Part shown: positions 29,852-39,492 of the stretch, in pieces
Layout: each line of letters starts with the position of its first letter
Numbering within the stretch: the stretch's first letter is position 1
Assembly: GCA_027031495.1 (NCBI GenBank)
Contig: JALVQA010000004.1
Location: 56,070 to 120,069 of the forward strand
Length of the DNA: 64,000 nucleotides
Direction of reading: 5' to 3'
DNA from: Candidatus Moraniibacteriota bacterium
GTDB taxonomy: Bacteria; Patescibacteriota; Minisyncoccia; Moranbacterales; GCA-2747515
Notes under the pieces: model-generated
Told to the model about the DNA's origin: nothing
Databases searched by the model: none
Seen by the model: the letters and a program-made list of their open reading frames with translations, nothing else
Translations under genes and position numbers: made by a program

Positions 29852-31099
29852 ATGGCGATACTTCACGAGAAAATAAGAAAGATGCTAAAAATGCCAATTC
29901 ATTGGTTTGTGTGGAGTGGCGTCATTTTGTTTTCCTCCTACGCAATTTTGTTGCTGTTGCTTACATACCTATACAACACCCTTGCCATAGAGCAGAATAT
30001 CAATGATATTATTGCCGATAATAATGCAACAACACTTTTTCTTTATCAAAAAAAGATGACGGCACGCAACGGTGTTAATACAGGCAATCTTTTACCAACA
30101 GCGCCATTGCCAAAGATTGACACGGCACGCATGAAACGACAAGGATGTGTTACGGACGGTCTTTTGTCTGGCTATGGCGATGAAGAGAAAAACGTTGAAC
30201 TTATCAATCGTTTGCCATGTTATTATTTGCATCGTGCTGTGGAGACATGGCTTGAGGCACCTAACTGGTACAAAATCAATCGTATTAGGAGTTATATTGT
30301 GCGAAAACCGATTCTTTATGGCATGTTCATCGCGGAAGCAGTCAACACGAAGGAACACTATATCAACACACAAACAGGCAAAAGGTTTCGCTTTAAAAAA
30401 ATGTGTAAGCCGGGTACAAATGGACGGTGGGGCAAAAATACGTGTGTACCTGATTTTGATAGACGGGAGTATCGTGCCTATATAACACAGATTATGAAAG
30501 AAGCGATTGATAATGATATACAAGTATTTCTGATAGGGCAAGTACAAATACAAGATGCGCGGCGTGTAGAACAATCTGATATTGAGGATGTTCTCGCTGC
30601 TGTGCGTAAATATGCAGCGCAAAAAGGTGTTGATATTGCGATTGGCGCACAAACAAATGATGCGACAGATAAAGATTACTTGCGACTTTTTGACTTTATT
30701 GAAGGCGGTGTCGGCCTACATCCTGATGGCAGTATTGAAGATGGACCATGTTTTTCGCGTTATCTCAGAGAACATAACTGGTGTTGGGCTCTTTTATGGC
30801 ATGAAAAATATACAAAAAAAGCACGTAATGTTTTCGTGCACCTTGATTGGAGTGGTATGCATGATGATGATATGATGACGTTTGTCTCAATGGATCGCGA
30901 CATGCGTGCGTATGTGCTCAAGAAACTGTATACATTTTATACTAGACAGGATATAGGATTTCTTTTGCCGGTCTTTACAGCGTTGCCACATGAGCATGAT
31001 GGTTGTTATGGCAATAGAAAGCGCTACTATAGTGCGGATAATGCGTACTCATGCAAAGATGAGGACGTTATAAAAAGTATATTGACAAATTATAAATAA
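29852..31099 (+). CDS. Hypothetical membrane-anchored protein (415 aa)
   Basis: There is an N-terminal TM segment (WFVWSGVILFSSYAILLLLLTYL). Several Cys/Trp-rich segments are present, with no recognisable catalytic motif. Confidence 0.45.
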   Translation: MAILHEKIRKMLKMPIHWFVWSGVILFSSYAILLLLLTYLYNTLAIEQNINDIIADNNATTLFLYQKKMTARNGVNTGNLLPTAPLPKIDTARMKRQGCVTDGLLSGYGDEEKNVELINRLPCYYLHRAVETWLEAPNWYKINRIRSYIVRKPILYGMFIAEAVNTKEHYINTQTGKRFRFKKMCKPGTNGRWGKNTCVPDFDRREYRAYITQIMKEAIDNDIQVFLIGQVQIQDARRVEQSDIEDVLAAVRKYAAQKGVDIAIGAQTNDATDKDYLRLFDFIEGGVGLHPDGSIEDGPCFSRYLREHNWCWALLWHEKYTKKARNVFVHLDWSGMHDDDMMTFVSMDRDMRAYVLKKLYTFYTRQDIGFLLPVFTALPHEHDGCYGNRKRYYSADNAYSCKDEDVIKSILTNYK

Positions 31100-31246
31100 T
31101 GTGATATATTATGTTGTCGCGTGGATATATGCAAAAATATACCACAAATGACCGCTCGTATACACAATGTTTCCACAGAGTTATCCACAGTTTGTGCAGT
31201 GGAATAATATTCTGTATATGCGCGCTAAGTACATAATATTCATTTT

Positions 31247-31747
31247 ATGAATATTTTTACAAGTGCATTTGCAGCGACAGTTATTGCTTTTTCCGGTGCA
31301 AATGCCTATAGTGGTGAGATGTGTTTCAATCAACAGACACAGGATCATCGTGCTGTACATGTAACAACAACGACGCAAGAGATGGTAGAGGAAGTTGCGC
31401 GTCAGAAAATACTCAACCGATGGAAAAAAAGGCAAAAAGGCGCTTGGCGACATCTTCCGAAAGGTGATTTTGTAATCAACGCATCCGCATATACTGCGGC
31501 GGCTGATGAATGCGGTAAAAGTGATGGTATTACGGCAAGTGGCGTGAAAGTAAAGGAAGGGCGAACACTTGCATGTCCACCGCAGTACCCATTTGGTACA
31601 CGTATTCATATTGATGGTATGGGTACGTATACGTGCGAAGATCGCGGTGGTGCAATTAAAGGCAATCGATTTGATATTTACATGAAAACAAAGCGACAAG
31701 CATTTGCGTTTGGACGGCGTCATTTGACGGCTCATGTTGTCAACTAG
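31247..31747 (+). CDS. Secreted 3D-domain protein (MltA/RlpA-like double-psi beta-barrel; cell-wall associated)
   Basis: There is a signal peptide. The C-terminal GDFVINASAYTAAADECGKSDGITASGVKVKEGRTLACPPQYPFGTRIHIDGMGTYTCEDRGGAIKGNRFDIYM fits the 3D-domain pattern. Confidence 0.6.
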   Translation: MNIFTSAFAATVIAFSGANAYSGEMCFNQQTQDHRAVHVTTTTQEMVEEVARQKILNRWKKRQKGAWRHLPKGDFVINASAYTAAADECGKSDGITASGVKVKEGRTLACPPQYPFGTRIHIDGMGTYTCEDRGGAIKGNRFDIYMKTKRQAFAFGRRHLTAHVVN

Positions 31748-31769
31748 TGAATGTGTAGTCATGTGTATA

Positions 31770-31812
31770 AAAACCCCGGACATGTTTATGTGCCGGGGCT
31801 TTATGTTGTGTT
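31770..31812. terminator. Bidirectional intrinsic terminator between convergent genes
   Basis: A CCCCGGACATgtttATGTGCCGGGG hairpin is flanked by AAAA upstream and CTTTATGTT downstream. Confidence 0.5.
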
Positions 31813-31814
31813 TC

Positions 31815-32303
31815 TTATAGAACGAAAGACAAAACTAGTATCACGCAATAAAACATGCATGATGCAAAAAGCGCATACAGTGCTGCTGGTAATGGTTTTT
31901 TGGCATGATTGCCGCTAAGAATATTGTCATCCATTAGCATGAGAGTGCGCATAACAGCGTAAATATAGATACCTGTTGTGAATATAAGTGTAATAGTGGT
32001 AGGTAATAAAATTGATAGAAAAGTATGCGCAGCAATGAGCGCGTTTTCTATTGTCAATGAAGCAAGTATTGCAGTTACAAATGCCAACGTTACAAGTATA
32101 CTTGGTAAAATTACCGATTTTTTCAGCATGTTTTTTGTAGCTGTGGCAAGTAGCGCAAGGATATTGCTCATTGCCATGAGGATAAGTGTGGTTGTAACAG
32201 CGGTTGATCTCTCTGCGTTTGACAGCGCAGTATGTGCTATAGCTGCAATAGGCAAAAGCGTGATAAAAACGATCGTTGTTAAGGTAGATGCAATTTTTTG
32301 CAT
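31815..32303 (-). CDS. Hypothetical polytopic membrane protein (162 aa)
   Basis: It has 4-5 hydrophobic helices and Ala/Leu/Thr-rich composition. Confidence 0.45.
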   Translation of the reverse strand: MQKIASTLTTIVFITLLPIAAIAHTALSNAERSTAVTTTLILMAMSNILALLATATKNMLKKSVILPSILVTLAFVTAILASLTIENALIAAHTFLSILLPTTITLIFTTGIYIYAVMRTLMLMDDNILSGNHAKKPLPAALYALFASCMFYCVILVLSFVL

Positions 32304-32380
32304 GTTTCTCTCCTATTGGTTTTGACACACTGCAACCGTACCATATGATAGTTTAGATGTCCACATTTTGTATTCAGCAA

Positions 32381-32992
32381 TCATTGAATAAGGTGTCGTA
32401 TTCCAATTTGTGGCGAGTGCTCATAAATGATAGTGTAATTTCGCGTGCTACTTTTATTTCTGCACCACGATGCGAGCATTGGTGTTTTGTAGGTATCGCG
32501 CGGATCAAAGACGGCATCCTTTGGTAAAAGTGATGCAAGTGCGTCGTGAAAGTGAAAGAGAACATGTGTGTTGTATTTGTTTTTTACGATCTCAAAAAAC
32601 TTTGTACCAAACTTGTTATATATGCGCCTATAACAATTATCCTTTTGGATTTCAAATGTGTGCATAAATGGCACAACGAAGACATGTGGCTCTGCGAAGT
32701 GCGCGCACATTTTTTCAACAATGCCATCAACAAGACCGCGCCAACCAGCATGAATAATGCCATACATTCTTTTGTTATAAAAGCATATAGTTGCACAGTC
32801 AGCTGTTTTGATACCGAGCGCGAATGCGTTTGTGTTTTCTGTAAAAATGCCATCACAGCTATGCAGATCTTCTTTGCCGGTTTTTATCTCAACAATTCTG
32901 CTTGAATGTGTTTGTTGCGGCAGAATAACGTTATCAAGAAATAATTTATCTCTTTGTGACGGTAGATCAAATACTTTTATTTGATAGTACAT
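32381..32992 (-). CDS. pgeF: PgeF/YfiH family (DUF152) purine-nucleoside-phosphorylase/laccase-like protein
   Basis: SSRIVEI..CDGIFTENTNAFALGIKTADCATICFYNKRMYGIIHAGWRGLVDGI carries the conserved His-Cys-His triad motifs. The start was set at the internal Met because the ORF extension reads through a palindrome. Confidence 0.75.
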   Translation of the reverse strand: MYYQIKVFDLPSQRDKLFLDNVILPQQTHSSRIVEIKTGKEDLHSCDGIFTENTNAFALGIKTADCATICFYNKRMYGIIHAGWRGLVDGIVEKMCAHFAEPHVFVVPFMHTFEIQKDNCYRRIYNKFGTKFFEIVKNKYNTHVLFHFHDALASLLPKDAVFDPRDTYKTPMLASWCRNKSSTRNYTIIYEHSPQIGIRHLIQ

Positions 32993-33076
32993 TTTTGCAA
33001 TAATAGCAATGTAGTAGGTGTTAGGCAAATTGTTTGCGTTGTATAGTGTTGTACAGCGAAGTGATATATGATATAT

Positions 33077-33097
33077 TATGCAAGTAACTTGCATAAT
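33077..33097. promoter_or_regulatory. Perfect 21-bp palindrome TTATGCAAGTAACTTGCATAA; likely Zur/Fur-family operator
   Basis: The palindrome sits in the divergent pgeF/zur promoter region immediately upstream of the Fur-family gene and the znuABC operon. Both artefactual ORF extensions begin MQVTCI because they read through the palindrome. Confidence 0.55.
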
Positions 33098-33104
33098 GAA
33101 TGTT

Positions 33105-33446
33105 ATGAGAACAAATATGTATGCACGTGCGATTCTTAAACTTCTGGAAACGCATCATCTTCTAAGTATCGCCGATATTAGTAAAAGAATTCCTGATGCC
33201 GATTACAGTACAATCTACAGGAATATCAAGAACCTCATGAAAACTGGTAAGGTACGGAGTGTTGTTTTAGATAAAAATAAGGTAATGTACGAAACTAACA
33301 GTACAAACAACAGCCATTGGCACTTTTATTGCGATTATTGCGGTGCTGTTGAGCGTATTGATATAACATCGGAGAGCATGTTTCCCCTTGTTCCCTATGT
33401 TGTAAAAGATGTTCTTCTCAGGGGCGTTTGCAATAAACATTCTTAA
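33105..33446 (+). CDS. zur: Fur-family metalloregulator, probably Zur
   Basis: There is a DNA-binding helix region (LSIADISKRIPDADYSTIYRNIKNLMKTGKV), and the C-terminal H.HFYCDYCG metal site is present. It is adjacent to znuABC. Confidence 0.75.
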   Translation: MRTNMYARAILKLLETHHLLSIADISKRIPDADYSTIYRNIKNLMKTGKVRSVVLDKNKVMYETNSTNNSHWHFYCDYCGAVERIDITSESMFPLVPYVVKDVLLRGVCNKHS

Positions 33447-33458
33447 AATCTGATTCCT

Positions 33459-34394
33459 ATGAAAAAGACCATTTTTCTTTTAATTATTGCCTTCTTTGCT
33501 ATTGGTATTATCATCTTTTTGTTTGAAAAAAGTGTGCACAACAATAGTTTAAGCGCTTCACATGGTACATTTAAAGTTGCAACAACAATTTTTCCACTTT
33601 ATGACATTGTGAAAAATGTTGCAGGTGATGACCTTGATGTTGTCCTTCTTTTGCCATCTGGTGCATCGCCACATACATTTGAGCCGCTACCGAGTACGTT
33701 AAAGGAATTAAGTGGCTCTGCACTTCTCTTTGCTATCGGCCATGGTCTCGATGACTGGTCGCAGAACATGGCAAAGTCTGCAAATGTGCCGATTGTGACG
33801 GTTGATAAAGGCATAGCATTGCGCAAAAGTGGTGAAGAAGAACATGGAGAGCATGAAAATGAGCATGGTGAGCACAATCACGGCGCCATTGATCCGCATT
33901 ATTGGCTTTCTCTGACAAATGCGGCGCAAATTGCACATACAATAGCGGAAGAATTGGCGCACCTTGATAGTGAACATGCATCTTTTTATATGAAACGCGC
34001 AGATCTTTACGGAAAAAATCTTCTTCGGATGAGGGATGCGTTTCGTGAGCGCTTGCAATCACTACCGAACCGCAATATTATTGCGCTTCATGATGCATGG
34101 GGTTACTTTGCCGATGAGTTTGGATTGAATGTTGTTGGAACATTTGAGAGTGCCGCTGGTACACAGCCGTCACCACGTGATATAGAGATGCTTGCTAAAA
34201 AAGTAAAGGAGTATAATGTGTCCATACTTTTTAGTGAACCGCAGTTATCAACAGATGCTATCACTTCTTTTGCACGAGATCATAATCTTACGATTGCCAT
34301 TTTCGACCCATTGGGTGGCATAGACGGACGCATGCACTATACCGATCTTATGCGGTATAATATTAACAACGTCATAAACGCGCTAAAAAAGTAG
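33459..34394 (+). CDS. znuA: Zinc ABC transporter substrate-binding protein ZnuA with His-rich loop
   Basis: There is a signal peptide, and the ZnuA/TroA fold motifs are present (PSGASPHTFEP, DPHYWLS). The His/Glu-rich loop is EEHGEHENEHGEHNHG. Confidence 0.85.
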   Translation: MKKTIFLLIIAFFAIGIIIFLFEKSVHNNSLSASHGTFKVATTIFPLYDIVKNVAGDDLDVVLLLPSGASPHTFEPLPSTLKELSGSALLFAIGHGLDDWSQNMAKSANVPIVTVDKGIALRKSGEEEHGEHENEHGEHNHGAIDPHYWLSLTNAAQIAHTIAEELAHLDSEHASFYMKRADLYGKNLLRMRDAFRERLQSLPNRNIIALHDAWGYFADEFGLNVVGTFESAAGTQPSPRDIEMLAKKVKEYNVSILFSEPQLSTDAITSFARDHNLTIAIFDPLGGIDGRMHYTDLMRYNINNVINALKK

Positions 34395-34397
34395 ACC

Positions 34398-35114
34398 ATG
34401 CACACAACAAAAATTATTGAGGTAAAAGATGTTTCTTTTGCTTACAGGGATAGTGACTATGTTTTGCGCAATATCTCATTTGGTGTTGAAAAAGGTGCGT
34501 TGGTTATGCTTATCGGGCCAAATGGATCAGGAAAAACAACGCTGCTTAAGATTCTTCTCGGTCTCCTTAGACCAACACAGGGAACTGTTCTATTATTTGG
34601 CGAAAAACCTAGTGAAGTGCGGTATAAAATTGGTTATGTGCCGCAAAAACTTGATTTTGATCGCACGTTTCCTATCACTGTTAGAGAGTTTCTTCGTTTT
34701 TCCGATAGAAAGGCAACGGAAGCAGCGATTGATAGCGTTTTGGAGAGTATTGGTGCTGACAAATTCAAGGATAAACTTCTTGGCGCACTTTCCGGTGGAC
34801 AGTTGCAGCGCGTGCTTATCGCGCGCGCACTTCTCAGTAAGCCGGCAATCCTCTTTCTCGATGAGCCGGTAAGCGGTGTTGATATTGGTGGTGAACAAAA
34901 CTTTTACGAATTGATAAAAAAAGTTAAAGAGCGTTACAAGGTGACGATTGTGATGGTGTCGCACGAGATCACAGTCGTAAATACAATGGCAACACATGTA
35001 ATTTGTATCAATAAAAGGATGTTGTGCAGTGGCAATCCTAAAAGCGCTCTCTCAGCAAAGACTATTGAAGCGCTTTATGGCACAGATGTTTCACTTCATA
35101 AACATAAATGCTAG
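34398..35114 (+). CDS. znuC: Zinc ABC transporter ATP-binding protein
   Basis: It has the Walker A GPNGSGKTTLLK, the ABC signature LSGGQLQR and the Walker B ILFLDEP. Confidence 0.9.
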   Translation: MHTTKIIEVKDVSFAYRDSDYVLRNISFGVEKGALVMLIGPNGSGKTTLLKILLGLLRPTQGTVLLFGEKPSEVRYKIGYVPQKLDFDRTFPITVREFLRFSDRKATEAAIDSVLESIGADKFKDKLLGALSGGQLQRVLIARALLSKPAILFLDEPVSGVDIGGEQNFYELIKKVKERYKVTIVMVSHEITVVNTMATHVICINKRMLCSGNPKSALSAKTIEALYGTDVSLHKHKC

Positions 35115-35117
35115 GTT

Positions 35118-35939
35118 ATGACAAATTTAATACACATGGAATTTATGCAGAGAGCGTTTCTCGCCGGTATGATGCTCGCGCCACTTCTTGCTACACTTGG
35201 ATCCTTTATGACGCTACGCAAAATGTCCTTTTTCGCTGATGGCATAGCACATGCCTCACTGCTTGGTATTGCGCTTGCGCTTATTTGCGGTGCCACGCCA
35301 TTTCTTGGCGCTATTATTGTTGGCGTTGTGTTTGGACTTGTTGTATTCTTCCTTGAGCGCTATGCGCGGCTTGCGTCAGACGCTGTTGTTGGCGTCATTT
35401 TTACAGCTGGTATGGCTCTTGGCATCATACTAATCTCACTTCAGCCCGGCTATCAGCCTGATCTTATCAGTTTTCTCTTTGGTAATATTCTTTCTATTAC
35501 ATGGGCGAATATATGGACGATTTTTGGCGTGTCAGTTACTATCCTTCTCACGATATTTGTGTTCTTTCGCCATTTTATCCTTATTGCTCTTAATGATGAT
35601 ATGGCATGGACATCGGGCGTAAACACAAAACGCCTTGATGCCCTCTTCTACATCATGCTCTCATTAACGGTTGTTCTTGGTGTTAAATTGCTCGGTGTTG
35701 TTCTTGTGAGCGCCCTTTTGATTATTCCGTCAATAACTGCAAAAATTGTGGCGCACTCTTTCTACACATATGTGTCTTTTGCAAGTATGTGCGCTTTTGT
35801 AGCTTTTGTTGTCGGTCTTATTGGATCATACTACCTTGATTTGCCATCTGGTGCATCAATTGTTATGGTGGCTGTTGGCATCTTTGTTATGACATTTTTT
35901 GGTAAGGTGATTATCTCAGGCAAGCGAGTTGCTGTGTAA
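35118..35939 (+). CDS. znuB: Zinc ABC transporter permease
   Basis: It is an ABC-3 family permease with 8 predicted TM helices, in operon position. Confidence 0.9.
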   Translation: MTNLIHMEFMQRAFLAGMMLAPLLATLGSFMTLRKMSFFADGIAHASLLGIALALICGATPFLGAIIVGVVFGLVVFFLERYARLASDAVVGVIFTAGMALGIILISLQPGYQPDLISFLFGNILSITWANIWTIFGVSVTILLTIFVFFRHFILIALNDDMAWTSGVNTKRLDALFYIMLSLTVVLGVKLLGVVLVSALLIIPSITAKIVAHSFYTYVSFASMCAFVAFVVGLIGSYYLDLPSGASIVMVAVGIFVMTFFGKVIISGKRVAV

Positions 35940-35965
35940 ATTATTTATATTTTCTATAGACCTCA

Positions 35966-35996
35966 AAACACCACTGCGCGTAGCGGTGTTTTGATA
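35966..35996 (+). terminator. Intrinsic terminator after znuB
   Basis: An ACACC..GGTGT hairpin is followed by TTTTGATATTTTG. Confidence 0.45.
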
Positions 35997-36368
35997 TTTT
36001 GTGTCTTCTTATACAGCATTCGTCGCGTTCATATGTGCCACTACTCAGAGCTTTTCCCCGGGCTGCAGCTTGTGCGAGGATACTCTGTTGTTTAAGTTAC
36101 AAATTCATTAATTTGGTATGAGTTTGACAGTTAAACACTTGCTTATGTCTATGTATTTATATTATTTCCTTGCAACTTGAACCAAAAATTGTTATGCATA
36201 AATTACAAATGTTTTAGCGTTGTATTTATTGTTTAAGATTGTAAACTTTTAATGTTAGTTTTTAGCATTTACTAATATTAAAGTTAAGAAATATATTTAT
36301 CATATAAATATTATCGTTGTTATAGTAAAAGGCTCCTGGCACAATAGTTCTGCGCCAGGAGCTTATAG

Positions 36369-36785
36369 TTATGCTGCCATGAATAACATCGCCATGTTCA
36401 TGGCTAGCATTAATGTTATTTTTTTTATTTGGTTCTGATTTTCTTCTTCTTCCATGCAGCTTAACATTATTTCTAGTGCCTTTTTCACTATGTACACTGA
36501 AAAAGGCATGCCTAAAATTTCCATTAACGACAATCCATCATTTGGTAATGCGAAGCCAAATGATGTGATGATTGCCGCAAACGTGTAGACGAACACGTCA
36601 AATGGAAATATTTTATTGTATTTAAAAAATAACAATCTGTACCCAAGGCCGATGGCTGCAAGTGCCATGCTCAAAAAGAGCATGCCATCTTTTACACCAC
36701 GGGTCGCTTCACAGTAGCCCATTTTGTGGGCTACAACTGCCGCCACCGGTACGCTAAAGATGACGTACGCTGTCGTTAGTTTCAT
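36369..36785 (-). CDS. Hypothetical membrane protein (138 aa) inside the repeat-flanked 1-kb segment next to tRNA-Leu
   Basis: It has 3-4 hydrophobic helices. The upstream region is very AT-rich. Confidence 0.4.
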   Translation of the reverse strand: MKLTTAYVIFSVPVAAVVAHKMGYCEATRGVKDGMLFLSMALAAIGLGYRLLFFKYNKIFPFDVFVYTFAAIITSFGFALPNDGLSLMEILGMPFSVYIVKKALEIMLSCMEEEENQNQIKKITLMLAMNMAMLFMAA

Positions 36786-37043
36786 TGTCGTTTTCTCCGC
36801 TCGTTACCCACGAGTAAGGGCCACGCATTGCGCGTGGATAATCTAAAAAAGAACCATTATTATTCTACAGTATATTTGCTATAAAGTCAAATATATACTA
36901 CAGAAAAACATACATTTTCCAGTTTGCAAGATAGAGATGGTATGTCAAGTTATCGTGCTGTCTTTGTGCTTTTTATGGCAACATAAACACGCCAAGTAGT
37001 TGGCGTGTTTTCTTTCTCACAGCAGTATTCGCTGCGTTCATAT

Positions 37044-37128
37044 GTGCCGCGGGCGGGACTTGAACCCGCACGATATTGCTATCATTGGATTTTGAGTCCA
37101 ACGTGTCTACCAATTCCACCACCGCGGC
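37044..37128 (-). tRNA. tRNA-Leu (anticodon CAA), long variable arm
   Basis: Reverse-complement fold: the acceptor is GCCGCGG/CCGCGGC, the anticodon stem TTGGA/TCCAA with loop CTCAAAA, and the T-arm GCGGG-TTCAAGT-CCCGC. Confidence 0.85.
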
Positions 37129-37151
37129 GTACTCCATTTACAAGAATGATG

Positions 37152-37222
37152 AGGTCGCGCCCGGAATTGAACCGGGGTACAGGGTTTTGCAGACCCTTGC
37201 CTAACCACTCGGCCACGCGACC
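37152..37222 (-). tRNA. tRNA-Cys (anticodon GCA)
   Basis: Reverse-complement fold: the acceptor is GGTCGCG/CGCGACC, the anticodon stem AGGGT/ACCCT with loop CTGCAAA, and the T-arm CCCGG-TTCAATT-CCGGG. Confidence 0.85.
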
Positions 37223-37267
37223 ATATATCAATTAACTTCTTTAGAGTACCAAAAGGTCTCGTTTCCG

Positions 37268-37870
37268 TCAATTTAAAGCGTGTTTTGTGTCATTTTTGAT
37301 TTTTTTGAGGAGCGCTGGGATGCGTGCAAAATCGGCAATGAGTGTCTCGCGGAGGGAGCCGTTGTAGAGCGCTGCCGCCGGATGATAAAGTGCATAAAAA
37401 ACATATGTACCACAACCATCAATTGTGCGTCTAAATGCCTTACCGTGATCCTCTGATATCTTTCGTCCCGGTACAAAACGCTCCAGTGCATGGCGTCCAA
37501 GAGGAATAATAAGTGTTGGCTTAATGATATTGATTTGTTCTTGAAGCCATGGCCAGCAGTCTGCTACTTCCTGCGGGAGAGGATCGCGATTGTTTGGCGG
37601 ACGGTATTTAACAACGTTCGTGATGTAGACATCACTGCGCTTAATATTGATGCTTGCGAGCATTTCATCAAGAAATTTTCCCGCAGCGCCAACAAATGGC
37701 ACGCCTTTAAGATCTTCTTGTTTTCCCGGCGCCTCCCCAATAAACATAACATCAGCATCAGCATTGCCAGCACCGTAAACGGCTTGCGTTGCTGTTTTGC
37801 GCAGTTGACAGGGGCAAAGCGCTTCCATTACTTTGTTGATATGATCAAGTTTTTCTTGCTTTGTTTGCAT
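37268..37870 (-). CDS. Family 4 uracil-DNA glycosylase (4Fe-4S type)
   Basis: [53 protein letters not shown] is the UDG4 signature with Cys ligands. Confidence 0.85.
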   Translation of the reverse strand: MQTKQEKLDHINKVMEALCPCQLRKTATQAVYGAGNADADVMFIGEAPGKQEDLKGVPFVGAAGKFLDEMLASINIKRSDVYITNVVKYRPPNNRDPLPQEVADCWPWLQEQINIIKPTLIIPLGRHALERFVPGRKISEDHGKAFRRTIDGCGTYVFYALYHPAAALYNGSLRETLIADFARIPALLKKIKNDTKHALN

Positions 37871-37904
37871 GACTCAGTAAAAAAACCAGTAAAAAGTGCG
37901 ACTT

Positions 37905-38879
37905 TTAGACGATGCACCATGTATTGTCCGTCTTTTTAATTGTACCACTAATTTCAAAGCCACTCGCAAGTGTGTGACCGCCCCCGCCAAGAAGTCTTGC
38001 AATACGAGATGTGTCAATGCCACTGCCCTTTTCTGTGCGAATACTTCCCTTTACAATGCCGTCTTTAAGTTGAATGAGGACAAGTGCAAATGGTGTGTGT
38101 GGCACACTGCACAAAAGTGATGCAACTTCTTTCAACTCTTCTTTTAATTCCTCCTGTGGAATGTTTTTTGTGGCGATGTGACGCCCTGTAATGACAGATG
38201 CTATTGCGCCAGATGGAGAGAGGCGTTTTGCGTTTTTTAGTGCAATGCCCCAGAGTTGTAGTGTATCTAGGCGCTTTGTAAGAAATGACTCTCTTATAAT
38301 GCGTGAAAGAGGAATATGTGCATCAAGAAGATGTGCCATAACATCAAGAACGTGTGCTGACGTATTTGGGTTATGAAAGAGGCGTGTATCACCAAGGATA
38401 CCGATGGCAAGCGCGTTCGCCTCTTTTTGTGTTGGTGTATGTGCAATGTATTCGAAAAAATCATGGAGAATTTCACATGTACTTGATGCTGCCGGATTTG
38501 TAATGAGAAGGTCGGGATGTATATTCGTGTGAGGATGATGATCGATGCCAACTGTGATATGATCACTTTTCGGTAAGTGTTTTATTATCTTGTCGAAGCC
38601 ACGGTCAATGTTATCGCTGCCAATGATGACATCAAATTGCGCGAAATTACTGATATCGCATGTCTGTATGATGTTGTATGATGGTAAAAAAGTATCAAAA
38701 GTATTTGGAAATGCATCGGTGCACGTAAGTGTTACAGGAATATTATGCGTGTGCAGATAGCTATAAAGTGTGACACATGCACCAATGGTGTCAGGATCGG
38801 GGCGTGAGTGAGCAACAAGGAGAACATTTCTTGCATGCGTGAGTATGTATTGAAGTGATGCGTATTTGTGGTTTATCAT
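37905..38879 (-). CDS. DHH/DHHA1 phosphoesterase (NrnA-like oligoribonuclease/pAp phosphatase)
   Basis: The motifs VLLVAHSRPDPDTIGA..., DHH (VGIDHHPH) and the C-terminal GGGH (LLGGGGHTLASG) are present. Confidence 0.8.
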   Translation of the reverse strand: MINHKYASLQYILTHARNVLLVAHSRPDPDTIGACVTLYSYLHTHNIPVTLTCTDAFPNTFDTFLPSYNIIQTCDISNFAQFDVIIGSDNIDRGFDKIIKHLPKSDHITVGIDHHPHTNIHPDLLITNPAASSTCEILHDFFEYIAHTPTQKEANALAIGILGDTRLFHNPNTSAHVLDVMAHLLDAHIPLSRIIRESFLTKRLDTLQLWGIALKNAKRLSPSGAIASVITGRHIATKNIPQEELKEELKEVASLLCSVPHTPFALVLIQLKDGIVKGSIRTEKGSGIDTSRIARLLGGGGHTLASGFEISGTIKKTDNTWCIV

Positions 38880-39211
38880 AAATTAAGATCGTGGAAAATC
38901 TTTTCAATTTTGTCTGCACGTTCTTCTGTATCGTCATAAACAAATGAAATTTTCGGCATTTTTCGTAGATTTAGTTTCTGCGAAAGCGTTTTCTTTATGA
39001 GTCCTTGCTCGTGCTCTAGTGTTTTGATAGCATAGCGTGCTTCAGATGCCGGAAAAACACTTACAAAAACAGTTGATTGATAGAGATCATTTGTTGTGTA
39101 CACGCGCGATATTGTAAGAAAAACATTTGATTTGAGGTGTAATTTGCGCGCGATAATATCGGAGACAATCTGTTTGATAAGTGTATTAATTTTAAGAACG
39201 CGATTTGTCAT
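38876..39211 (-). CDS. rbfA: Ribosome-binding factor A
   Basis: It has RbfA length and pattern (RVLKINTLIKQIVSDII...SRVYTTNDLYQSTVFVSV). Confidence 0.8.
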   Translation of the reverse strand: MTNRVLKINTLIKQIVSDIIARKLHLKSNVFLTISRVYTTNDLYQSTVFVSVFPASEARYAIKTLEHEQGLIKKTLSQKLNLRKMPKISFVYDDTEERADKIEKIFHDLNL

Positions 39212-39272
39212 AAATGCACAGTATTATAAATCAACCTGAGAGTATAGCATGTTTATAAAAGAAATCAACTGT

Positions 39273-39344
39273 TGATGTGATGTGTCCCCAGACTGAGTCG
39301 AACAGTCATCTAGAACTTAGGAGGTTCTCGTTCTATCCATTGAA
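39273..39344 (-). tRNA. tRNA-Arg (anticodon CCU)
   Basis: Reverse-complement fold: the acceptor is GTCCCCA/TGGGGAC, the anticodon stem AGAAC/GTTCT with loop CTCCTAA, and the T-arm GACTG-TTCGACT-CAGTC. Confidence 0.8.
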
Positions 39345-39492
39345 CTATGGGGACATGAGGAGATACCTTTCTTAATAGAGTATATGCAAAAAGTAAATTT
39401 GACAAACAAAAACGTTTACATATCATTACTATGTAATAGTATATTGTATTTGTCAAGTATATAACAGTGTGATGATGTATGATAAGTGAATA

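Noticed and set aside
31170-31195. Isolated DnaA-box-like TTATCCACA upstream of the 3D-domain gene, considered as a second origin
   Set aside because: It is a single box with no cluster or AT-rich unwinding element. It is more likely a chance or regulatory occurrence.
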